From assembly GCA_958295695.1 (NCBI GenBank), contig OY282363.1, positions 1,367,403-1,431,402 on the forward strand: a stretch of 64,000 nt of DNA, written 5' to 3'. Below, piece after piece: positions 57,635 to 64,000 of this stretch (within the stretch, counting starts at the first letter, position 1; every line of letters begins with the position of its first letter). The notes below the pieces were generated by a model, which saw nothing but the letters and a program-made list of their open reading frames with translations, made no database searches and had not been told where the DNA came from. The DNA comes from an uncultured Alphaproteobacteria bacterium. Its GTDB lineage: Bacteria; Pseudomonadota; Alphaproteobacteria; SP197. A program made the position numbers and the translations under genes.

Positions 57635-58506
57635 CGATCCGGGACACCGCGCCGGTCGCCTCGGGCGAGGCCCGGACGAAGACGCGCGCGAGGCGCGCGC
57701 CGGACGCCGCGCCCCGCATCGGGGCTCTGGGCGTCTTCGCCGTGCTGTACCTCGCGTTCATCTACGCGCCGGTGCTGTTCATCCCGCTCTTCTCGTTCAA
57801 CGACTCCACCTACATCGCCTTCCCGCTGAGCGGATTCACGACCGAGTGGTACGTGACGATGTCGCGGTCCGACGGCCTCGTCGGCGCGTTGACGAACAGC
57901 ATCAAGGTCGCCACGCCGGCCGCCGTCGTCAGCACCCTGCTCGGCACGCTGGCCGCGAAGGCGGTGACCCGGTACCGGATGCCGGGCATGGAAGCGGTCG
58001 TGAGCTTCATCATGTCGCCGCTGGTGGTGCCGGCCATCATCGTCGGCGTGGCGCTCCTGATCATCGTGAACGCCATCGGGATCGAGCTGTCGCTCTTCAC
58101 CGTGTTCCTGGCGCATCTTCCGCCCTGCACCGCGTTCGCCATGTGGATCATGATCTCCCGTCTGGAGGGATTCGACGCCGCGATCGAGGAAGCCTCGCGC
58201 GACCTGGGCGAGGGGCCTTGGATGACGTTCTGGCGGGTCACGTTCCCGCTCATCGTGCCGGGCGTCGTGGCGAGCCTCCTGCTCACCTTCACCATCTCGT
58301 TCGACGAATACGTGCTGGCGTCCTTCCTGGGCGGCAGCGAGCCGACCCTGCCGATCTACATCTACAGCCAGTTGCGTTTCCCCTGGCAGCTTCCCAACGT
58401 TCTGGCGCTCGCGACGATCCTGCTTTTCGCCTCGTTCGCGCTCGTCTACATCGCGATGCGGTTCCGGAACCGCGGCGTCCAGTTCAAGACGACGACGGGA
58501 GTCTAG
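57631..58506 (+). CDS. ABC transporter permease (PotC/PotI-like)
   Basis: GTG 57631 overlaps the upstream stop (GTGA). It has ...RLEGFDAAIEEASRDLGEGPWMTFWRVTFPLIVP. Confidence 0.85.
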   Translation: MTIRDTAPVASGEARTKTRARRAPDAAPRIGALGVFAVLYLAFIYAPVLFIPLFSFNDSTYIAFPLSGFTTEWYVTMSRSDGLVGALTNSIKVATPAAVVSTLLGTLAAKAVTRYRMPGMEAVVSFIMSPLVVPAIIVGVALLIIVNAIGIELSLFTVFLAHLPPCTAFAMWIMISRLEGFDAAIEEASRDLGEGPWMTFWRVTFPLIVPGVVASLLLTFTISFDEYVLASFLGGSEPTLPIYIYSQLRFPWQLPNVLALATILLFASFALVYIAMRFRNRGVQFKTTTGV

Positions 58507-58511
58507 GGCCC

Positions 58512-59627
58512 GTGAACGCCAACGCCTTCATCGCCATCGACGACGTCAGCAAGGATTTCGGCACGGTCCGCGCGGTCGACCGCGTCGCCTTCGGCATCGC
58601 CCGCGGCGAGTTCTTCTCGCTCCTGGGTCCGTCCGGCTGCGGCAAGACCACGTTGCTGCGGATGCTGGCGGGTTTCGAATTCCCGACCGAGGGCGAGATC
58701 TACATCGACGGCCAGGCCATGGCGTCGGAGCCGCCGGAGAACCGCCCGGTCAACATGGTGTTCCAGAGCTACGCGATCTTCCCGCACCTGACCGTGCGCA
58801 AGAACATCGGCTACTCGCTCCGGCGCGACAGGCTCTCCAGGGTCGAGTTCGACCGCAAGGTCGGGCGGATGCTGGAGCTGATCAAGCTGCCGGGCTACGA
58901 GGAGCGGAAGTCGCACGAGCTGTCCGGCGGAGAACGCCAGCGCGTCGCCTTGGCGCGCGCCCTGATCCGCCGGCCCAAGGTGCTGCTGCTCGACGAGCCG
59001 CTGGGCGCGCTCGACAAGCAATTGCGCGAGCAGATGCAACTCGAGCTTCGCGACCTTCAGCGCGAGGTCGGCATCACCTTCGTCTTCGTGACCCACGATC
59101 AGGAAGAGGCGCTGACGATGTCGGACCGCATCGCGGTCATGTCGAAGGGCCGCTATCTGCAGATCGACACGCCCACCCAGCTTTACGAAGCCCCGCGAAG
59201 CCGCGAGGTCGCCGCCTTTATCGGCAGCATGAACTTCTTCGATGCGCGCGTGGAGGAGGTCGCCGACGGTCATGCCCGCGTCGCGGCCGGTCCCCTGGGC
59301 CATCTCCGCGCCGCGACGCGGGCGAAGCGGTTTTCCGTCGGAGAGACGGTCCTGGCGGCCGTCCGGCCCGAGAAGATCACGATTTCATCCAGGCCGCCGG
59401 CGCCGTCCGACGCATCGGGCGGGACGAACTTCGTCAAGGGGGTGCTGGATGCGACGGCTTATCTCGGCGACCGCAGCCACCACTACATCCGGCTCCCCGG
59501 TGTTGACAAACCCGTCGCGGTCTCGGCGCAGAACTTGAACCCGGCCGAGTTTGATGTTGAAAGCAGGAAGCGGGATGTGTGGCTCAACTGGTCCAGCGAG
59601 GCCGTCGTGCTGCTTCGCGCGACGTAG
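58512..59627 (+). CDS. ABC transporter ATP-binding protein (PotA/PotG-like)
   Basis: GTG 58512. It has Walker A GPSGCGKTT, signature LSGGERQRVALARA and Walker B VLLLDEPLGALD. Confidence 0.9.
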   Translation: MNANAFIAIDDVSKDFGTVRAVDRVAFGIARGEFFSLLGPSGCGKTTLLRMLAGFEFPTEGEIYIDGQAMASEPPENRPVNMVFQSYAIFPHLTVRKNIGYSLRRDRLSRVEFDRKVGRMLELIKLPGYEERKSHELSGGERQRVALARALIRRPKVLLLDEPLGALDKQLREQMQLELRDLQREVGITFVFVTHDQEEALTMSDRIAVMSKGRYLQIDTPTQLYEAPRSREVAAFIGSMNFFDARVEEVADGHARVAAGPLGHLRAATRAKRFSVGETVLAAVRPEKITISSRPPAPSDASGGTNFVKGVLDATAYLGDRSHHYIRLPGVDKPVAVSAQNLNPAEFDVESRKRDVWLNWSSEAVVLLRAT

Positions 59628-59686
59628 CCCGGCAAGGGAAGGAAGATGGGGGTCTCCGGAGCCGCTCCGGACACTGGATTGTCGTC

Positions 59687-60373
59687 ATGCCGCAAGTCGT
59701 TGAAGCCAGAAGGCCGGGCAACGGGCGCACCGCGACGCGGGAAGCGCGCCGCCGGCAATTGATCGACGCCACGATCGACTCGATCTCGAAGCGGGGCTTC
59801 TCCGGCACGACGCTGGAGACGGTCACCAGGACGGCGAAGCTGTCGCACGGTGTCGTCAATTTCCATTTCAACAGCAAGGAAGAGCTCTATGTCGAAACCC
59901 TCGGCTACCTTGCGAGGGAGCACTACGAGTGCTGGCGCGGCGCCATGCTGCGGGCCGGGCCGGAGCCCGCCCGGCAGCTCGAGGCCATCGTCGACGCCGA
60001 CTTCGACCGCAGGATCTGCGCGGCCAAGAAGCTCGCCGTGTGGTTCGCGTTCTGGGGTCAGGCCAAGTACCGTCCCGACTACCTCACGATGCGGTACCGC
60101 TACGACGACGAACGGGCGGCGGAGCTCAACCGCCTGTGCGGCGAGATCGTCGCCGAGGGCGGCTACGGGCATCTCGATCCCGACTCGCTGACCCGCTCGA
60201 TCGAATCCATTGTCGACGGCCTGTGGCTCAACATGCTGCTGTATCCGAAGGAGGTGACCCGCGAAATGGCGCGCGGCGACTGCTTCCGTTACCTGGCCCA
60301 GGCGTTTCCCGGCCACTTCGCCCGGCCCGGCGCGCCGTGGGACGGCGAAGACCGCGGCCTCGTTCGTCCGTGA
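59687..60373 (+). CDS. TetR-family transcriptional regulator (BetI-like pattern)
   Basis: ATG 59687 gives MPQVVEARRPGNGRTATREARRRQLIDATIDSISKRGFSGTTLETVTRTAKLSHGVVNFHFNSKEELY...WFAFWGQA...IVDGLWLN. Confidence 0.85.
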   Translation: MPQVVEARRPGNGRTATREARRRQLIDATIDSISKRGFSGTTLETVTRTAKLSHGVVNFHFNSKEELYVETLGYLAREHYECWRGAMLRAGPEPARQLEAIVDADFDRRICAAKKLAVWFAFWGQAKYRPDYLTMRYRYDDERAAELNRLCGEIVAEGGYGHLDPDSLTRSIESIVDGLWLNMLLYPKEVTREMARGDCFRYLAQAFPGHFARPGAPWDGEDRGLVRP

Positions 60374-60392
60374 CTCCCGCCGGACGCCCCGC

Positions 60393-62459
60393 ATGACGCG
60401 CGACCCTCGCCACGACATCCTCTTCGAGCCGGTGAGAATCGGGCCGGTCACGGCCAAGAACAGATTCTACCAGGCACCCCACTGCACCGGCAGCGGATGG
60501 CGCGGGCCGCGGATCCTGGCCGGCCTGCGCGGCATGAAGGCCGAGGGCGGCTGGGCCGTGGTCAACACGGAATACTGCTCGGTCCACCCGTCTTGCGACG
60601 ATCCGCCCCACGCCTGCGCGTCCCTCTGGGACGAGGGCGACATCAAGGCCCACGCCCTGATGACCGAGAAGGTCCACGCCCATGGCGCGCTGGCCGGCGT
60701 CGAGCTCTGCCTCGGCGGCGCCGCGATCGCGAACCTGTCGTCGCGGGAGGCCGCCTTGGGGGTCAAGAGCATGCCCAACATGGCGGGCAATCCCTTCCAG
60801 ACCCGCGCGATGGACAAGAGCGACATCCGCGAGGTCCGGCGATGGCACCGCAACGCGGCGCTGAGGGCGCGTACGGCCGGCTTCGATCTGGTCTACGTCT
60901 ACGCGACGCACGGCTACATGCTGTCGCAGTTCCTCTCGGCGACCCACAACACGCGCGCGGACGAATACGGCGGCTCGCTCGAGAACCGGGTCCGCCTGAT
61001 CCGCGAGATCGTCGAGGACGCCAAGGAGGCGGTCGGCGACACGATGGCGGTCGCCGTGCGCTTCTCCGCCGAGGCCAACGGGGGCGGCGGGGGCGACGGC
61101 AATCCGGTCCCCGGCGAGACCGAGGACATGTTCGGCGTCCTGGGCGAGCTACCCGATCTCTGGGACATGAACATCGCCGACTACACGTACGAGATGGGAC
61201 TCTCCCGCTTCGTGCCGCAGGGCGCGCTGGAGCCCTATGTCGCCGGGATCAAGGCGCTGACCGGCAAGCCCGTGGTCTCGGTCGGCCGCTTCACGTCGCC
61301 CGATATGATGGCGAGCCAGGTCAGACGCGGGATTCTCGACTTCATCGGCGCGGCGCGCCCCTCGATCGCCGATCCCTTCCTGCCGAGGAAGATCGAGGAG
61401 GGCCGCCTCGACGACATCCGCGAGTGCATCGGCTGTAACATCTGCTATGTCGGCGACGGCAAGGGCTTCCCGATCCGCTGCACCCAGAACCCGACCATGA
61501 GCGAGGAGTGGCGGCGCGGCTGGCACCCCGAGGATGTCGACCCCCGGGGGTCCGACTCCCATGTGCTGATCGTCGGGGCGGGACCCGCCGGCCTCGAGGC
61601 GGCCCAGGCGCTCGGCAAGCGGGGCTACCGCGTGACGCTCGCCGAGGCCTCCCGCGAACTGGGGGGCCGCGTCGTCCGCGAGGCCGGCCTGCCGGGTTTG
61701 GGCGAGTGGATCCGCGTGCGCGATTACCGGGTGCTGCAGATCGGGAAGCTCGACAATGTCGAGGTCTTCCGCGAGAGCGACATGGGCGCCGACGACGCGC
61801 TGGCCGTCGGCGCGGACCACATCGCCGTGGCCACGGGATCGTCCTGGAGGAGGGACGGCTACGGCGCCGCCAACCCGAAGGGGATCGCCGAACCCGGACC
61901 GGTCGGGAGCGTCTTCACGCCCGACGACATCATGGCGGGACGGTTGCCCGAGGGGCCGACCGTCGTGTTCGACGACGACCACTACTACATGGCGGCCGTC
62001 CTGGCCGAGCGGATACGGATGTCGGGCGTTCCCGTGACGCTGGCGTCGCCCGAGGACATGGTCGCGCCCTGGGCGGTCCACACCCAGGACCGCTGGCGGT
62101 CGCACACCGGGCTGATGGAGATGGGCGTCGGTCTGGTCGCCGGCCACAACCTGACGGCCTTCGACGGCGGCCGGGCGACCCTGGCTTGCGAGTTCACCGG
62201 ACGCGAAACCGCGATCGACGCGGAGGCCGTCGTGCTCGTGACATCCCGGCGGCCGAACGACGCGCTCTACCATGCGTTGACCGGCGGGATCGCGGACGGC
62301 GACGCGCCTCGGTCGGTCGCGCGCATCGGCGACTGCGAGGCCCCGGCGATCATCGCGGGCGCCGTCTTCTCGGGCCATCGCTACGCCCGCGAGCTCGACG
62401 CCGCGATCGACCGGGACAACCCCTTCAAGCACGACCGGGTGTTCTCCCGCGATGATTGA
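60393..62459 (+). CDS. trimethylamine/dimethylamine/histamine dehydrogenase-family flavoprotein, paralog 2
   Basis: 688 aa. It has MTRDPRHDILFEPVRIGPVTAKNRFYQAPHCTGSG..., the 4Fe-4S motif CIGCNICYVGDGKGFPIRC and the dinucleotide fold VLIVGAGPAGLEAA. Confidence 0.88.
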   Translation: MTRDPRHDILFEPVRIGPVTAKNRFYQAPHCTGSGWRGPRILAGLRGMKAEGGWAVVNTEYCSVHPSCDDPPHACASLWDEGDIKAHALMTEKVHAHGALAGVELCLGGAAIANLSSREAALGVKSMPNMAGNPFQTRAMDKSDIREVRRWHRNAALRARTAGFDLVYVYATHGYMLSQFLSATHNTRADEYGGSLENRVRLIREIVEDAKEAVGDTMAVAVRFSAEANGGGGGDGNPVPGETEDMFGVLGELPDLWDMNIADYTYEMGLSRFVPQGALEPYVAGIKALTGKPVVSVGRFTSPDMMASQVRRGILDFIGAARPSIADPFLPRKIEEGRLDDIRECIGCNICYVGDGKGFPIRCTQNPTMSEEWRRGWHPEDVDPRGSDSHVLIVGAGPAGLEAAQALGKRGYRVTLAEASRELGGRVVREAGLPGLGEWIRVRDYRVLQIGKLDNVEVFRESDMGADDALAVGADHIAVATGSSWRRDGYGAANPKGIAEPGPVGSVFTPDDIMAGRLPEGPTVVFDDDHYYMAAVLAERIRMSGVPVTLASPEDMVAPWAVHTQDRWRSHTGLMEMGVGLVAGHNLTAFDGGRATLACEFTGRETAIDAEAVVLVTSRRPNDALYHALTGGIADGDAPRSVARIGDCEAPAIIAGAVFSGHRYARELDAAIDRDNPFKHDRVFSRDD

Positions 62460-63252
62460 GGCGCCGGGCATGGAGCGGACGCCGGGCGGGGAGGCCGCGA
62501 AACCCGTCGCGGAGACATGGTTCTCCGTCGAGGCCTGCGACGGCGATATCCTGCGCTTCCGGGAACACAACATCGACGCCTACGCCGGCGGCGATTTCTG
62601 GCTCGTGCGGGGACGCGACCGGGCGCTCGTCGTCGACACCGGTTGCGGCATCGTCTCGCCCGTCGGCCTCGCGACCGCGATCGCCGGGCGGCCGGTCATG
62701 GCGGTGGCGCTCAACTGCTCCTACGACCACGCCGGCGGTTGGTCCGGCTTCGACGCCCGCGCCTGCCACCCGCTCGACGCGCCCCACCTCGAGGAACCGG
62801 AGGACGGGAGCGTGTCGGTCGGCGACTATCTCAACGACGGGACCCTGTGGGCCTTGCCTTGGGAAGGTTACGACGTCGCGGCCTATGCGATGACCCCGGC
62901 GAGTCCGACCCGGCTCGTCGACGAGGGCGACGTGCTCGACCTCGGCGGCCGAAGCTTGGAAGTCCTGCGCGCGCCGGGCCGCGAGGCCGGGGGCATCGTG
63001 CTGTGGGAGGCGGCGACCGGCAGCCTGTTCACCAGCGACATGCTCTATGACGGCGAGCACGGCTTGGCCTGGCCGCCGGCGAACCCCGCCGCCTATGCGG
63101 CGACGCTCGAACGGATGCGCGGTCTGCCCGTCTCGCGGGTCTGCCCGGGCCACTACGGCGTCTTCGGCCGCGGCCGCATGCTGGCGCTGATCGACGAACA
63201 GCTCGCCGATCTCGACGCCCGTTCGCGGACGCGGCGGGAGCGGGACCCGTGA
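62452..63252 (+). CDS. MBL-fold (metallo-beta-lactamase superfamily) protein with degenerate metal-binding motifs
   Basis: 266 aa, overlapping the upstream gene by 8 nt. The MBL-like layout reads DFWLVRGRDRALVVDTGCG...AVALNCSYDHAGGW...LRAPGREAGGIV...TSDMLYDG...CPGHYG. The canonical HxHxDH is replaced by CSYDH, and the PGHT histidine is replaced by Arg. Confidence 0.6.
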   Translation: MIEAPGMERTPGGEAAKPVAETWFSVEACDGDILRFREHNIDAYAGGDFWLVRGRDRALVVDTGCGIVSPVGLATAIAGRPVMAVALNCSYDHAGGWSGFDARACHPLDAPHLEEPEDGSVSVGDYLNDGTLWALPWEGYDVAAYAMTPASPTRLVDEGDVLDLGGRSLEVLRAPGREAGGIVLWEAATGSLFTSDMLYDGEHGLAWPPANPAAYAATLERMRGLPVSRVCPGHYGVFGRGRMLALIDEQLADLDARSRTRRERDP

Positions 63253-64000
63253 CCCCGGGGCCGGAGGTCCGGCGCGCGGCGCTGGCCCTCGCGCTGGCCC
63301 TGGGCGCCGCTCCATCGGCGTCGGCCGGGGACGACGGCCACGTGTCGCGGGAGGGCGCGACGCCCTTCGCCCGTGGCGAACTCTACACCTATCTCGCCGG
63401 CAAGACCCAGGTCCGGGGGCCGAACGGCGGGGCCTACCACGCCGAAGACGGCACGCTCCAGATCCTGCGGGACGGCGTGCGCGGCAGCGGCGCCTGGTCG
63501 GTCACCAAGGACGGCGAGCTGTGCTGGCACGTCTACGGCTGGGACGAGCCGCCCTGCGAGGCTTACTATCGCAACGGTGACGCCGTCGGCTATGTCCATC
63601 GGGATGGCGCGGGGCCGGCGCCCGAGCTTCTGGAGGGTAATGTCCTCGACTATTTGCAGGCTGGCGTCGAACCGCCGGCTTCCGCCGGGGACATCGATCC
63701 GAACTTCGCCAGGAGCCTCCTCACGCCGGAGGAGGCGACCGCCTTCGTTTCGGGCAAGACCGCGATCCTGGAGCCTCGCGGCGCGGTCCATTATGCGCCC
63801 GATTTCACCCTGACGACCGTGTGGGGCGGCGTGCGCCAGACCGGCCGGTGGAGCGTCGACGACAAGGGCGGCGTCTGCTGGCACGTCGCGGCCTGGGGCG
63901 TGGAGCCCTGCCGGTACTACTACGTCGAGGACGGCGTCCTCATGAGCCTCTACAAGGGACTGGCCCGCCGGGCCGAGGAGTTCGTGGACGGCGACGTGAC
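63249..64000 (+). CDS. secreted protein with two tandem DUF995-like repeats, 3' end beyond the window
   Basis: Own translation from GTG 63249 (GTGA overlap with the upstream stop): VTPGPEVRRAALALALALGAAPSASAGDDGH... Repeat 1 reads ...GSGAWSVTKDGELCWHVYGWDEPPCEAYYRNGD. Repeat 2 reads ...QTGRWSVDDKGGVCWHVAAWGVEPCRYYYVEDG. It is open at the window end, so absent from the track. Confidence 0.55.
   Translation, partial: MTPGPEVRRAALALALALGAAPSASAGDDGHVSREGATPFARGELYTYLAGKTQVRGPNGGAYHAEDGTLQILRDGVRGSGAWSVTKDGELCWHVYGWDEPPCEAYYRNGDAVGYVHRDGAGPAPELLEGNVLDYLQAGVEPPASAGDIDPNFARSLLTPEEATAFVSGKTAILEPRGAVHYAPDFTLTTVWGGVRQTGRWSVDDKGGVCWHVAAWGVEPCRYYYVEDGVLMSLYKGLARRAEEFVDGDV

Noticed and set aside
39930-64000. 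Classical tRNA-integrated genomic island or integrative element
   Set aside because: I saw no integrase, excisionase, transposase or conjugation gene, and no direct repeat of the tRNA 3' end by eye. Codon and GC character are indistinguishable from the core part of the window.

Overview
GC-rich, alphaproteobacterium-like chromosomal window with genes tightly packed on both strands. All calls come from reading the supplied translations and my own translation of regions missing from the track. No database search was run.

Positions 1 to ~39.9 kb are core housekeeping:
- panC (partial) and a luciferase-like oxidoreductase that appears double-frameshifted
- class II B12-dependent ribonucleotide reductase nrdJ
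- an NDUFA12-family / mlaD / DUF2155 cluster, aat, and aroQ-accB-accC
- an M48/TPR protease, a gamma-glutamyltransferase-family lipoprotein and an aminotransferase
- RNase E, an AmiC-type amidase, PBP1A, and prfB with the classical +1 frameshift site
- a SufR-like HTH regulator, an internally deleted Bcp peroxiredoxin remnant, and glnE
- an AsmA/DUF3971-like envelope protein, and tyrS/anmK
- cysE-iscR-two cysteine desulfurases-fdx with no scaffold or chaperone genes, mnmA, and tRNA-Met(CAU)

From the tRNA to the window end (~24 kb) the content switches to an accessory-looking block devoted to C-N bond catabolism:
- a strand-split CUT1-type ABC importer with two tiny membrane ORFs
- a Rieske alpha/beta oxygenase with no electron-transfer partners
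- two diverged trimethylamine/dimethylamine-dehydrogenase-family flavoproteins
- a two-subunit N,N-dimethylformamidase homologue and a cupin
- an orphan Cys-rich lipoprotein
- a Tat-exported flavin amine oxidase with a helical partner
- a PotFGHI-type importer and a BetI-like TetR regulator
- an MBL-fold protein with degenerate metal ligands and a secreted tandem-repeat (DUF995-like) protein

The best candidates for undescribed biology are the DMFase-homologue / DMADH-like / Rieske / ABC module (40.0-51.6 kb) and the TetR / TMADH-like / degenerate-MBL / DUF995-like operon with its neighbours (52-64 kb). Substrates cannot be read from the sequence. No CRISPR arrays, transposases, integrases or rRNA genes were seen.
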